Shown here: positions 20,052 through 30,722 of the stretch, in pieces
How positions within the stretch are numbered: the first letter of the stretch is position 1
How the letters are laid out: every line of letters begins with the position of its first letter
NCBI GenBank assembly: GCA_938091905.1
Contig: CALKOM010000046.1
Location: 20,726 to 84,725, forward strand
Source of the DNA: an uncultured Verrucomicrobiales bacterium
Lineage (GTDB): Bacteria; Verrucomicrobiota; Verrucomicrobiia; Verrucomicrobiales; DEV007
Length of the DNA: 64,000 nucleotides
Direction: 5' to 3'
Program-made: the position numbers and the translations under genes
Notes under the pieces: generated by a model
Told to the model about the DNA's origin: nothing
The model's input: only the letters and a program-made list of their open reading frames with translations
The model's database searches: none

Positions 20052-21557
20052 ATGGTGAACGCAATTGACTCAGCGCTGCTTAAAATGCAGGGCATTACCA
20101 AGACCTTTCCTGGGGTGCGGGCTCTCATCGATGTTGATCTCACGCTTGGGCATGGGGAAGTTCTGGCGCTGCTCGGGGAGAATGGGGCGGGGAAGAGCAC
20201 CTTGATCAAGGTGTTGAGCGGAGCTCACCAACCTGATTCAGGGTCTGTTAGCGTAAATGGAGAGGCTGTCGAGATCCGCCAGCCAGCAGATGCTGAGCGT
20301 TACGGTATTGCCGTGATCTATCAAGAGTTTAACCTGATTCCGGCATTGTCGGTCACGGATAATGTGTTTCTTGGCAACGAGCGTTGCAAGAAGGGGCTCT
20401 TTGTCGATCGAACCGGTCAAAATCAACTCGTTACGAATCTATTAGAGAAGATTGGGGTAGATCTCGATCCAGATAGACTGGTGAAAGATCTTACGGTTGC
20501 TCAACAGCAGACCGTGGAGATCGTGAAAGCGTTATCGAGGAACGCGTCGATTCTTGTCATGGATGAGCCGAGCGCTGCGCTGTCTCACAAAGAAGTGGAT
20601 CGTATGTGTGCTACCGTTGATGAGTTGAGAGGGCAGGGTATGGGCATCATCTATATCAGTCATCGCTTGGACGAGATCGATCGGTTAGCCGATCGCGTGT
20701 CTATCTTGAGAGATGGCTGTCATATTGCGACCATGTCTGCCAAGGATGTCGAGCGCGACGAATTGATCGAGCTGATGGTCGGCCGCAAACTCGAGAATGA
20801 GTTTCCTGAGAGGCGGGTCGAAGTGGGTGAGCCGCGTTTGACTGTCGATAACCTCAGACAGTCAAACCGTAGCGAGCCCGTCTCTTTTGAGATTCGGCGG
20901 GGTGAAGTGGTCGGTCTTACCGGGCTAGTCGGGGCAGGGCGAACGGAACTTGCCAGGGTTCTCTTTGGGGCCGATCCTCATGTAGACGGTAAACTATCGT
21001 TAGACGGTAAGCCGCTTCGTCTCAAGGATCCCCGTGAAGCGATTGCCGCAGGTATCTGTCTGCTGACAGAGGATCGCAAGGAACAGGGGCTCATCCTTGG
21101 ACTCTCCGTGCGCGAGAACTTTGGACTCCCGAATCTCGACCAGTTCAATCGAGCCGGTTTGCTCCGGCAAGGAGAAGAGCGAGCTGCTTTTGAGAAATAC
21201 GTCGACAAGTTTAACATTCGAGTGCCCCACAGTGAGCAGCGGGCAGGCTATCTGTCCGGCGGAAATCAGCAGAAGGTGGTTCTAGCGAAGTGGCTATTTC
21301 GGAATACGGAAGTTCTCCTCTTTGACGAGCCTACTCGTGGAATCGATGTCGGTGCTAAGTTCGAGATTTATCAGTTGATCAATGAATTGGCAGCGGCTGG
21401 CAAAGCCATTCTCATGATCAGCTCGGAACTTCCTGAGGTCATCGGTATGAGTGACCGGATCCTTGTCATGCGTGAGGGAGCCATCGAGGGCGAGATTACC
21501 GACATGAAATCGGTCACCCAAGAAGCCATTCTCAGCTTGGCGATGGGGGAAGGGTGA
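20052..21557 (+). CDS. Sugar ABC transporter ATP-binding protein (RbsA/MglA-like, two ABC domains)
   Basis: GENGAGKSTL, LSGGNQQKV, DEPTRGIDVGAK. Confidence 0.93.
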   Translation: MVNAIDSALLKMQGITKTFPGVRALIDVDLTLGHGEVLALLGENGAGKSTLIKVLSGAHQPDSGSVSVNGEAVEIRQPADAERYGIAVIYQEFNLIPALSVTDNVFLGNERCKKGLFVDRTGQNQLVTNLLEKIGVDLDPDRLVKDLTVAQQQTVEIVKALSRNASILVMDEPSAALSHKEVDRMCATVDELRGQGMGIIYISHRLDEIDRLADRVSILRDGCHIATMSAKDVERDELIELMVGRKLENEFPERRVEVGEPRLTVDNLRQSNRSEPVSFEIRRGEVVGLTGLVGAGRTELARVLFGADPHVDGKLSLDGKPLRLKDPREAIAAGICLLTEDRKEQGLILGLSVRENFGLPNLDQFNRAGLLRQGEERAAFEKYVDKFNIRVPHSEQRAGYLSGGNQQKVVLAKWLFRNTEVLLFDEPTRGIDVGAKFEIYQLINELAAAGKAILMISSELPEVIGMSDRILVMREGAIEGEITDMKSVTQEAILSLAMGEG

Positions 21558-21564
21558 ACTGCGG

Positions 21565-23676
21565 CTAGGCGTCATCCGCTTTCTGGTGATCGCAAATGAT
21601 CTCAAGGAAATGTTTCAAGTATTTGTCAGCTTTCGCTTTGCCTACGCCTCGGATTCGCTCTCCCGCGACCCTGGTCTTTGGTTGAAGCCTTGTGAAGAAC
21701 TCTAACGTTGCATTCGGGAAGATTTTATAGGGCGGCTGATTGCCAGCGAGTTCTTTACGTTTCTCTTTCAGCTTCGCGAAGAGTTCCTGATCAAATCCCA
21801 ATTCTTCCAGCGCCGTATCGATTCCATCTGTTGTTGGTGACGCTGGTGTGTGTCGATCTGGGAATCGCAACCGACACGATTGGCGACCATGCATGACATC
21901 CGTTCCCTTTGTTGTTAGTGTGAGAAGTGGGTATTCGCCTGTGTTCGTGCGAACTAAACCCACTTCCTGCATCTCACGAAAGAGAGTGTTCAGATACGCG
22001 GTTCCGACCTCTTTTAGAATTCCGTAGGTGCTCAACTCATCGAGGTTAGCGTTAAGAATCTCGCGGGATCGACTACCCACCAGCATCTGCACAACACGAC
22101 CGCGACCGAAACGACCTTCCCAGCCAGCGCGGGTCTTGATCGACATCCGTGCGACACCGCTCAACGCTTTGCGGAGTATTAAGGCTTCTTCGCTATTAGG
22201 TTCGCTATACTCGGTGCCACCTCGTGATCGACAGCGATCACAAGACCCGCAGACACCAGGCTCTTCCTCGCCAAAGTAGCGCAGAATGTCTTGCTGACGG
22301 CAGCTCGTGCTGTAGCAAATGTCGACCATGCCTTGAAGTTTGGCGCGGTCGCGGCGCTCTTTTTCGCGCATGGCTTCCCAATCTAAGCGGAGGCCGAATG
22401 CGTTGATTTCTGGCTTTAGCAACCGAGTGCCACGAAGGCGTTGTCCAGGGATATCGAATCTGGCCAGATAGTCTGCCCTGACTAAAACGCCAATGGCAGT
22501 GCTCAATGCCATGGTGTTCTTAAGATCTGCGCGTTCAGCGAGATCTTTCAAAGGTAAACGTACCTCGTGGCTTCCATCGGCAGTCTGTTGCAAGCAACGA
22601 TACACTTTCTGAATCACGTCAGAGCCAGGGTTATTGCCATCGATGAAGAACTCTTGCGTGCGCGTGTCAGCATAGTTGAAGAGCAACTCGCAAACTGACG
22701 GCTCTCCATCTCGGCCCGCTCGTCCGGCCTCTTGGTAATAGGCCTCCACGCTGCCTGGTACTTCGTAGTGAATGACAAAGCGGACGTCGGACCGGTCGAT
22801 ACCCATTCCAAACGCGTTCGTTGCTACCGCGACCTGGCGCTTCTTCGTGATGAACAGCTCCTGAGCACGCGCACGTTGCTCATCGGTCATGCCACCGTGA
22901 TAGGGAACGATCGAGAGCCTACGGGAATGCAAACGTTCAGTGAGGTCGTCCACGCTCTTTCTGGTTGCGCAGTAGACAATTCCCGTCTTGTGCTCGTCGA
23001 TAATAGCCTGGATACGATCAAACTTCTCCGCCTTCTTCTCCACATGCCGGATAGCCAGACTCAGGTTAGGGCGTTCAAATCCTGTGACACATTGATAGGG
23101 ATCTCTCAGGCGGAGGTGCTTGAGAATGTCGTCGCGAACTTCTGGAGTGGCCGTCGCCGTCAGCGCTACGGTTTGGGGATTACCTAACCACTCCCGAGCT
23201 TGTCCCAGACGCACGTAATCTGGGCGGAAATCGTGACCCCACTGCGAGAGACAGTGGGCTTCATCGACGGCAAAGAGAGCAATCGTCGCTTCTTGAAGAG
23301 CTTCAGTGAAGCTACGGCTGCGAAACCTCTCCGGAGCAATGTAGACGAGCTTGTATTCCCCGTCCCGCATTTGCCGAATCCGCTCCTGCTGTTCTGCTTG
23401 CGGCACCGAACTGTTGATCATGGTCGCGGCAATCTTCTTCTCCGTGAGCGCATCCACTTGATCCTTCATCAGGGCAATAAGGGGACTGATCACGATCGTC
23501 ACGCCTTCCATGACGAGGGCAGGCAGCTGATAGCAGAGCGACTTGCCACCGCCTGTCGGCATCACCACGAGTCCATCTTGACCACTGAGGATGGAGGAAA
23601 TGATCGCCTCCTGTCCATGTAGGAATTGGCGATGGCCAAAGTACTTTTCTAGGGCTTCCAGGGGATCGCGTGTCAT
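21565..23676 (-). CDS. recQ: RecQ family ATP-dependent DNA helicase (RQC and HRDC domains)
   Basis: [42 protein letters not shown], Zn motif CRQ...CGSCDRC. Confidence 0.92.
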   Translation of the reverse strand: MTRDPLEALEKYFGHRQFLHGQEAIISSILSGQDGLVVMPTGGGKSLCYQLPALVMEGVTIVISPLIALMKDQVDALTEKKIAATMINSSVPQAEQQERIRQMRDGEYKLVYIAPERFRSRSFTEALQEATIALFAVDEAHCLSQWGHDFRPDYVRLGQAREWLGNPQTVALTATATPEVRDDILKHLRLRDPYQCVTGFERPNLSLAIRHVEKKAEKFDRIQAIIDEHKTGIVYCATRKSVDDLTERLHSRRLSIVPYHGGMTDEQRARAQELFITKKRQVAVATNAFGMGIDRSDVRFVIHYEVPGSVEAYYQEAGRAGRDGEPSVCELLFNYADTRTQEFFIDGNNPGSDVIQKVYRCLQQTADGSHEVRLPLKDLAERADLKNTMALSTAIGVLVRADYLARFDIPGQRLRGTRLLKPEINAFGLRLDWEAMREKERRDRAKLQGMVDICYSTSCRQQDILRYFGEEEPGVCGSCDRCRSRGGTEYSEPNSEEALILRKALSGVARMSIKTRAGWEGRFGRGRVVQMLVGSRSREILNANLDELSTYGILKEVGTAYLNTLFREMQEVGLVRTNTGEYPLLTLTTKGTDVMHGRQSCRLRFPDRHTPASPTTDGIDTALEELGFDQELFAKLKEKRKELAGNQPPYKIFPNATLEFFTRLQPKTRVAGERIRGVGKAKADKYLKHFLEIICDHQKADDA

Positions 23677-23770
23677 ACTCTCCCTCCCACATTACAGCGA
23701 GTCCACACCTCGCCTAGAAGAAATCTTCCAACCTTGACCATGCCCTCTGGACTGGGCTTACAGTAGAGAC

Positions 23771-25336
23771 ATGTTCATGAAGCCAACTCTACTGGTCACG
23801 ATCTGCGTGGCTTTGGTCGCCAATGCTTGTGCATATGATCTCATCCTGCGTCATCGACTGGAGAGTAAAGGCAAATTCAGTCTAGCAGAGAAGCGAGAAA
23901 CATGGCAGCCTGAGGAAACCGCCATCATCGTCTGTGACATGTGGGATGCACATCATTGTCTCAATGCCACCCGTCGCGGTGGTGAGTTGGCGCCACGAAT
24001 GAACGCCGTCCTCAAGGCGGCGCGAGAGCAGGGATCGCTCATCATTCATGCGCCTTCTTCCTGTGTCGGCTTTTACAAGGATCACCCGGCTAGGACTCGG
24101 GCGTTGGCTGCTCCCAAAGTGAGTAATGTCCCGAAAGGAATCGAAGAGTGGTTGAACTGGATTGATGAACGCGAAGAGAACGCTCAGTATCCGATCGATC
24201 ACTCTGACGGGGGAGAGGACGACGATCCGAAGGAACATGCTGACTGGGCCAAAGAACTTGAGTCCAAAGGGCTCAATCCACGTGCTCCGTGGACACGCCA
24301 GACTGCGGGATTGACCATTGATCCTGAGAAGGACGCGATCACAGACGAAGGCGTGGTGACTTGGAACTTGTTGGAACAGCACAAGATCAAGAATGTCATC
24401 TTGCTGGGAGTTCATACAAATATGTGCGTGTTAGGTCGCCCCTTTGGGCTTAGGCAAATGGCAAAGAATGGGAAGAACGTCGTTCTCATGCGTGACATGA
24501 CGGACACCATGTACAATCCGAAGATGCCGCCCTATGTGAGCCACTATCGCGGCACAGATCTGATTATTGAGCACGTCGAGAAATTCGTCTGTCCGACGAT
24601 TACGAGTGATCAATTGCTTGGCGGAGCCCCCTTTCATTTTAAGGATGATTCCCGTAAGGATCTTGTTCTCCTCATCGGGGAGAAGGAATATGAGACGAAA
24701 GAAACGCTCCCCGCCTTTGCTGAGAAGCATCTCGCGAAGGACTTTCGGATTCACACCATTCATGCGAGTCCCGAGAAACGTAACGAGTTTCCTGGAATCG
24801 AAGCAGTGAGTGAGGCGGACCTGCTAGGCATCAGCATACGCCGTCGTAGTCTTCCCGAGGCGCAGCTGAATCTTGTTCGTACCTACGTCTCCTCAGGGAA
24901 ACCGATCTTTGGAATTCGCACGGCAAGCCATGCCTTCTCCCTCCGTGGTGACCCAGCTCCTGCGGGGCACGCCTTGTGGGAACGTTTTGATGGAGCCATC
25001 CTTGGTGGACATTACACGGGCCATCATGGTAACAAAGTGGCCACGTTTGCTTGGGCTGCGGAATCAGGAAACAGCCATCCCATCCTAAAAGGGGTGACGC
25101 GAAACGAATATCCAACCGGAGGAAGCCTCTATCAAGTGTTGCCATTGTCGCGCAACACGCAAGTGCTGCTCGTTGGTCGTGCTGGTGACATTCTGCCGCA
25201 TGAGCCTGTCGCTTGGACTCATGAAACGCAATCAGGGAGCAAAGTGTTCTACACATCATTGGGCCATGTGAAGGACTTCGAGAACAGCGCATTCGTTACG
25301 ATGCTAGGGAACGCATGCCGGTGGTTGGTAAAGTAG
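23771..25336 (+). CDS. Secreted isochorismatase-like + ThuA-like domain fusion protein
   Basis: IIVCDMWDAHHC, GVHTNMCVLGR; C-terminal GIRTASHAF...PVAWT...VFYTSLGH. Confidence 0.8.
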   Translation: MFMKPTLLVTICVALVANACAYDLILRHRLESKGKFSLAEKRETWQPEETAIIVCDMWDAHHCLNATRRGGELAPRMNAVLKAAREQGSLIIHAPSSCVGFYKDHPARTRALAAPKVSNVPKGIEEWLNWIDEREENAQYPIDHSDGGEDDDPKEHADWAKELESKGLNPRAPWTRQTAGLTIDPEKDAITDEGVVTWNLLEQHKIKNVILLGVHTNMCVLGRPFGLRQMAKNGKNVVLMRDMTDTMYNPKMPPYVSHYRGTDLIIEHVEKFVCPTITSDQLLGGAPFHFKDDSRKDLVLLIGEKEYETKETLPAFAEKHLAKDFRIHTIHASPEKRNEFPGIEAVSEADLLGISIRRRSLPEAQLNLVRTYVSSGKPIFGIRTASHAFSLRGDPAPAGHALWERFDGAILGGHYTGHHGNKVATFAWAAESGNSHPILKGVTRNEYPTGGSLYQVLPLSRNTQVLLVGRAGDILPHEPVAWTHETQSGSKVFYTSLGHVKDFENSAFVTMLGNACRWLVK

Positions 25337-25343
25337 AACACTG

Positions 25344-26744
25344 ATGAAGACTCAATCATTCAGAATTCTTTTGGGTTTCTTTGCGATCGCGCTTCTTTCC
25401 ACCGGGGGAGCGGTAGCGAAGACTAACATCGTATTTATTTTCGCTGACGACTGGGGCTGGGGTGATTTGAGTTGTCATGGCCACCCGTATGTGAAAACGC
25501 CCAACATCGATCGTATTGCGAAAGAGGGGACAGATTTCTATCGCTTTACTACGGCGAGTGGCGTGTGCTCGCCGAGTCGAACGGCGGTCATGACGGGTCA
25601 TTTCCCGGCTCGGTATAACATCGACGGTCACTTCGCTTGGGTGCCAAGCAATGCGAAGCGGAACATGCCAGATTGGTTGGATCCGAAAGCGCCCTTGCTT
25701 CCTCGGTTCTTGAAGGAGGCTGGCTATGCGACCGCCCATTTTGGGAAGTGGCACCTTGCGAACAACATGATTCCTGATTCCCCGTTGCCCAGTGAGTACG
25801 GCTACGATGCCTACGGTGCCTTCAATTGCGCAGGAGAGCAGATGCCGGTGCACGAAGACGCTCGTCATGCCATTGACTTCATTGAGAAGAGCCATGCTGA
25901 GGAGAAGCCGTTCTTCATTAATCTTTGGCTGCACGAACCACACACGCCATTTCATACCGTGCCCAAGTACCGATGGCGTTTCCGTGATCTCGAAGAGGCT
26001 GACAATATCTACGCGTCTGTTTTATCTCATGCGGATGATAGGGTCGGAGAGGTCTTGGATGCATTGGATCGGCTAGAGTTGGCAGATGACACCTTGGTAA
26101 TCTTTAGCTCTGACAATGGTCCGGCTCGTGCCTCTCGACCGACGAAGCTAGAATTGACTCACGATACGGCGACGGGAGCTGGTTATGGTATTGGCGCGGC
26201 TAAAGGGGTGACCGGTGGACGCCGAGGTTACAAGGGTGCTCTCTTCGAAGGGGGGATTGGCGTTCCCTTCCTGGCCCGTTGGCCAGGAAAGATCGCAGCA
26301 GGGGCTGTGGACAAGAGGTCGGTGGTTTCTGCGGTCGATTTGTTGCCCACGTTCTGTGAAATTGCGGGCGTGGCGTTGCCGTCCAGCTATGTTCCTGACG
26401 GGGTCAGTCAGGTTCGTGCACTGATGGGCAAGGCGCAGCCACCGCGGAAGAATCCGTTGTTCTGGAAGATGCAAGCGGCCTGGCCTCCTAGAAAGACGAG
26501 ACCGGATCACTGGGTGTCGTATGCCATTGTCGATCAGCATTGGAAATTGGTGACAAACAAAGATGCCAGTCACCGGGAGTTGTTTGACCTCAAAGCAGAC
26601 CCTTTCGAGAAGCGCGATCTGAAGTCCGAGAATCCGGCGATCGTTGATCAGTTAGGCAAGAAACTCGAACAATGGAAGGCAACGCTTCCGCTCAAGCCCA
26701 CTGGAGACGTCTTTTCAAAAGAGAGGGTGTCCTCAGATCAATGA
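25344..26744 (+). CDS. Formylglycine-dependent sulfatase (S1 family)
   Basis: NIVFIFADDWG, CSPSRTAVMTG, GKWHL, SSDNG. Confidence 0.94.
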   Translation: MKTQSFRILLGFFAIALLSTGGAVAKTNIVFIFADDWGWGDLSCHGHPYVKTPNIDRIAKEGTDFYRFTTASGVCSPSRTAVMTGHFPARYNIDGHFAWVPSNAKRNMPDWLDPKAPLLPRFLKEAGYATAHFGKWHLANNMIPDSPLPSEYGYDAYGAFNCAGEQMPVHEDARHAIDFIEKSHAEEKPFFINLWLHEPHTPFHTVPKYRWRFRDLEEADNIYASVLSHADDRVGEVLDALDRLELADDTLVIFSSDNGPARASRPTKLELTHDTATGAGYGIGAAKGVTGGRRGYKGALFEGGIGVPFLARWPGKIAAGAVDKRSVVSAVDLLPTFCEIAGVALPSSYVPDGVSQVRALMGKAQPPRKNPLFWKMQAAWPPRKTRPDHWVSYAIVDQHWKLVTNKDASHRELFDLKADPFEKRDLKSENPAIVDQLGKKLEQWKATLPLKPTGDVFSKERVSSDQ

Positions 26745-26754
26745 GCTATTACCT

Positions 26755-27612
26755 ATGAATACAATGTATCGTCTGACGATCAGTGCTTCCGACTTGCACG
26801 ACCTCATTGGTAGTGACCATCTCGTGATCGTTGATTGTCGAACGTCACTCACAGATGCTCATTACGGAAAACTTTCCTATGCCGAAGGGCACCTGCCAGG
26901 AGCCCGGTTTGCCGATCTTGAGAAGGATCTTTCACAGCACACAGACGCTGCGTTGGGGAGACATCCCTTGCCGGAATCAGAGTCGTTCCTGATGTTTGTG
27001 AGGTCGCTCGGGATCAGTAACGATAGCCAGGTGGTCGTCTATGATGATGTGAGTGGGGCGATCGCAGGGCGGTTGTGGTGGATGTTGTCTCGTTGGATGA
27101 ATCACGAAGCTGTCGCCGTGTTGGATGGAGGCTTTGCTCACTGGCAGGATAAAGGTTACCCGATTACTCGTCGTGTGCGTGGACCTAAATTGGGAACCTT
27201 TCAAGCGGAAGCGAATGATGGCGCTTGGGTTCAAACCCATGAACTGGTCGAAATGCTGGCTAATAACGCTGTCACCGTCGTGGATGCTCGTTCACCAGAG
27301 CGCTTTGCTGGGAAAGAAGAGCCGATCGATCCCGTGGCCGGCCACATTCCGGAGGCTGTAAATGCCTTTCTTGGAGAGAACCTTGAGAATGGTGTTTATG
27401 CTTCTGACAAAGCACTGAAGAACCGTTTCTCGTCTATTGTTTCGGACGCTGGGGGGGCGGACCAAGTTGTCCACAGTTGTGGGTCTGGGGTATCCGCAGT
27501 GCATAACATGATCGCCATGGAGAAGGCGGGCTTTGGGGGCTCGCGCCTCTACGTAGGCTCCTGGAGCGAGTGGATTCGCGATCGTGAGCGACCGATTGCG
27601 ACTTCTACTTAG
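26755..27612 (+). CDS. Two-domain rhodanese / 3-mercaptopyruvate sulfurtransferase
   Basis: GHLPGA, GRHPLP, VLDGG, CGSGVSA, LYVGSWSEW. Confidence 0.92.
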   Translation: MNTMYRLTISASDLHDLIGSDHLVIVDCRTSLTDAHYGKLSYAEGHLPGARFADLEKDLSQHTDAALGRHPLPESESFLMFVRSLGISNDSQVVVYDDVSGAIAGRLWWMLSRWMNHEAVAVLDGGFAHWQDKGYPITRRVRGPKLGTFQAEANDGAWVQTHELVEMLANNAVTVVDARSPERFAGKEEPIDPVAGHIPEAVNAFLGENLENGVYASDKALKNRFSSIVSDAGGADQVVHSCGSGVSAVHNMIAMEKAGFGGSRLYVGSWSEWIRDRERPIATST

Positions 27613-28009
27613 GGGCGCCGAGGCGTTTTACGGCAGCCACCAGCTCGTCTTTCCCTTGGACGTGCGCCTTTAGGCTCCACAGCTCGTTGCCCTGCGGATC
27701 AGAGATAATGATGCCGTGTGAACCCAGCTGGCTATTGTGAAGTCTCTCTTGGCTAGCAGGCAAATGATAGTCGACGGTTCGGAAATTTATTTTCGACCTA
27801 TACTCTTTCTCAAGTTCACCCAACGAGGAAGAGAGTTCCTGGCATAGGAAGCAGTTGGGTATTTTATAGAAGGATAACGTGGGTCGCATGACCTCAGGAA
27901 TCCGTTGGCCGGTGTTCTGTGAATTTGCTCCACCTTCATCAGCGCAGCCTGTCAGGGCCATGGATAGAATAGCACAGATAAGAATATGGATGGAGGTAGT
28001 GATTGGCAT
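27605..28009 (-). CDS. Lipoprotein with a thioredoxin-like CxxC domain
   Basis: Lipobox LTGC; FYKIPNCFLCQEL. Confidence 0.65.
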   Translation of the reverse strand: MPITTSIHILICAILSMALTGCADEGGANSQNTGQRIPEVMRPTLSFYKIPNCFLCQELSSSLGELEKEYRSKINFRTVDYHLPASQERLHNSQLGSHGIIISDPQGNELWSLKAHVQGKDELVAAVKRLGAPK

Positions 28010-28033
28010 GACTAGTGTGATATGGGATGTGTA

Positions 28034-29087
28034 TCACGGGTTGAAGAAGTCGTCCAGCCACTGCGCGTATGCTGGAGGGCTGATGGTTTCTGTGTGTCCA
28101 TAATCGTCGACTTGGATAAACTTGGCTTTGGTGTCCATGGCTTGGTGAAGGGCGACACTTTCCGTAAACGGAATGATCTTATAGGAAGTGCCATGGACAA
28201 TCAGGAGTTTCTCGGGTGGAATGTTTGCGATGTGATCAATTGGGCGATGAACGTCCAGATCGGCACCCGTCCACCATTCGATCGTTTCAGGTCCGACAGC
28301 CCAGATGGGTGATCGAAGGGGGCCCAAATGGCGCAATATGACCTGGTCAGCAACGCGTCTTACCTCCGAGAAGGCAGCGTCAACAATGATTCTATCAAAG
28401 GTCTTTTTTGTGACTGCAGTAGTCAAGACGGCAGAGGCCTCCATCGAATAACCAAGTGCGTGCATTTGTATGTTAGGATGCTTTTTTGAAAGCTAGCTGT
28501 GAGCCGCTTTCACGTCTGCTGCTTCCTGCAGCACTATTGTCGTGGCGCGGCCTGGGCTATCGCCATGAGCAGGAAAGTCGATGATGAGCACACTGTGTCT
28601 CAAGTCATGAAGCAAACGAACCGGCTCCATAAAGTTTTCACGATTTGCATTGAGTCCGTGGGCGACGAATACGGCGCTCTGGGACTCGGGACTCGGGACT
28701 CGGGACTCGGGACTCGGGACTCGGGACTCGGGACTCGGGACTCGGGACTCGGGACTCGGGACTCGGGATCCGGGATCCGGGATCCGGGATTCGGACAGTG
28801 CCAGCCTCTCAATGACATTCCACGTGTGTCGAATCACGACCTCCTCATACAATAGTCTCCAGTTCGAAGGTTTTCCCTTAGTAGCAACACGTTGTGGGTG
28901 AATCTGAAGTGTTGAGAGCAGAAACGGAAAAAAAGCTGAGAACAAGCACTGTTAGCCTAACGGTTAGACCAAGAGCGCGTCCTGAGCAGTTGTCGGCAAA
29001 GAATCGTTTGCAAAGGGCATGCAAGAGGCAATCGAGAACTTTGAGTGGCAGGATGAGCAGGGCAAACCACAAGAATCCTGGACTCAC
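28034..29087 (-). pseudogene. Membrane-associated alpha/beta hydrolase, fragmented
   Basis: Fragments in several frames: TM N-terminus; YEEVV / DTRGMSLRGWHCP; VFVAHGLNANR...IDFPAHGDSPG; in-frame TAG at 28493-28495; LGYSMEA (GxSxG broken); LLIVHGTSYKII; GH. Confidence 0.85.
28681..28792. repeat. Heptamer tandem repeat: (GGGACTC)12 (GGGATCC)3 GGGATTC
   Basis: 16 units of 7 bp counted directly. Confidence 0.97.
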
Positions 29088-29221
29088 TCTTTACTGGGAT
29101 AAAGACCACCAAGCGTATGGGCTAGAAGGAAACCCCTTCCATCGCTAACCGCGAATAAGAGGATGGCGTATGCCATGGTTCGTGTGAGCGTCGATTTCAT
29201 CACACTCTGTCGGCTACCTTA

Positions 29222-30220
29222 CTAGTTGCCCAATAGGGTCGTCTCAATCATAGAACCAGAATCACTTCTAGACTGAGGAAGGCCAGCGGTCACGTAGGTG
29301 CTATTAGGCACGCGTTGTTTGGTGTTAGACGACCGCTCTTGAGTCTTGGCTCCGGGAGCCGCTTTTTTACGCCGGAAGATCGAACCGATGGTCCAGCGCT
29401 TCTTGGGCTTTGCCTGCGGCGCGGGTGAAGGGCGCTTCCGCTGATCTGCAAGAATTTTGGCTGAGCGGGCACGTGGCTGCCATTTCGACCGTCGAATCGC
29501 CTGGTCATACTCGTCACGCGATCCATAGGGAGCGTATGGGTTCGCCTGGGGAATACGGGTCGAGTTCGTGGGCATGAACGCGACTTGTTGGCGAAGAGTT
29601 TCCTCGCGCGAAACAGGCTCTGGCTTGCTCTTGAGCACACTTGGTTTCCAAGGAAGGAGTCGTAATCGTTTGGGAGGCTGCGTTTGCTTTACAGGTTGCA
29701 CCTTCGGTGCGGGAGGCGTGTAAACAACAGGTCGCGACGTTTGTGGGGAGGGAATGACTTGGACAGGCTTCGCCTTCTTGTCAGGTTTTTTTTGTCTAAC
29801 AGGCTTCTCTTTCCTAATGGGTTGCGGCTGTCGTGTCGGTGGAGCGTAACGAACGGCTTGTGCTCGTGCCGCTGGCCGGACTTTAGAAGGTGAAACTGGT
29901 GGCCTATGTTGATAGAGCGATACAGGTGCACTCCTAACCGCTACAGGCACACTTCTAACTGGAGGTTTCGGCTGCTGCAAGACTGGGCGCGCCCTTACTC
30001 GATTGGCCCATCGGTTAGGCGGGGCCGGAGGCATTCCGTAGGTATGGACTCGCCGCTGGCGCTCGCCCTCATCCATGCCATTAAGATGCCGCACCCAAGT
30101 AGAGGAGGTAGGAGCAGCCTGATTTCCCGGCGTGAGGGACCGGAATTGAGGCGCTGCATGAAGGGAAGCCAGAGTGAGAATCCCGGCGGTGGCGCATGAG
30201 AGAAGATTGTGAGCCATCAT
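29222..30220 (-). CDS. Secreted Pro/Arg/Lys-rich low-complexity hypothetical protein
   Basis: Signal-peptide-like N-terminus; 332-aa basic, probably disordered ORF. Confidence 0.65.
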   Translation of the reverse strand: MMAHNLLSCATAGILTLASLHAAPQFRSLTPGNQAAPTSSTWVRHLNGMDEGERQRRVHTYGMPPAPPNRWANRVRARPVLQQPKPPVRSVPVAVRSAPVSLYQHRPPVSPSKVRPAARAQAVRYAPPTRQPQPIRKEKPVRQKKPDKKAKPVQVIPSPQTSRPVVYTPPAPKVQPVKQTQPPKRLRLLPWKPSVLKSKPEPVSREETLRQQVAFMPTNSTRIPQANPYAPYGSRDEYDQAIRRSKWQPRARSAKILADQRKRPSPAPQAKPKKRWTIGSIFRRKKAAPGAKTQERSSNTKQRVPNSTYVTAGLPQSRSDSGSMIETTLLGN

Positions 30221-30309
30221 GATGATTAATCTATCTTAAACACTAATTTTATCAAAAACTAAATGCTCCTTAATTTGTTTCCTTCATATTTCTATAGAAG
30301 AGGCCAAAC

Positions 30310-30353
30310 GAAGGAACCCCCTACCACGTGTTTCCACGTGATAGAGGGCCTTC
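30310..30353 (-). terminator. Long GAAA-tetraloop hairpin downstream of the 31403-30386 gene pair
   Basis: Minus strand reads GAAGG-CCCTCTATCACGTG-GAAA-CACGTGGTAGGGGG-TT-CCTTC; the U-tract is weak. Confidence 0.6.
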
Positions 30354-30385
30354 TCCATCGTGACAAAAAATTGTTTATCCAGTTT

Positions 30386-30706
30386 CTAACGCATCACCGT
30401 CAGCATCCGATCGACGAACCAGATGGAGGCCATGAAGAACAGAAATAGGAGGAGGAGAAGCTTGCCTCCGTAGTAGTAACTGTCTCGCTGTACGCGCTTC
30501 AAATCAGATCGATTAGGAACCGCCGACTCACGAACCATGTCGTCTGGGGGAGGGATCAGATAGCGGGATTCCTCTTGGAGTATCGGCGCTGCATTCAGGA
30601 ACGTTTTGAGTACGTCGAGCTCAAATTCGAGCTCCTCCGCTTCACGGGCCAGAGTTTCCTGACGCTGACGGATAGGGCTCAAAGCTTTGTTGAATAGGCG
30701 GCGCAT
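30386..30706 (-). CDS. Hypothetical protein with coiled coil and C-terminal TM helix
   Basis: 106-aa ORF with a hydrophobic C-terminus, co-oriented with 30723-31403. Confidence 0.7.
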   Translation of the reverse strand: MRRLFNKALSPIRQRQETLAREAEELEFELDVLKTFLNAAPILQEESRYLIPPPDDMVRESAVPNRSDLKRVQRDSYYYGGKLLLLLFLFFMASIWFVDRMLTVMR

Positions 30707-30722
30707 GGCAAGCGGTCCTGGT

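Noticed and set aside
1177..28495. Amber (TAG) recoding or pyrrolysine, suggested by three in-frame TAGs (1177, 2282, 28493)
   Set aside because: TAG is the normal stop of many intact genes here (e.g. apaG, the CotH gene, proC). Two of the three genes carry additional frameshifts, and two TAGs sit at expected Trp positions, consistent with point mutation.
28499..28901. Plus-strand ORFs with GLGTRDS repeats
   Set aside because: Translation artefacts of the stop-free heptamer repeat.
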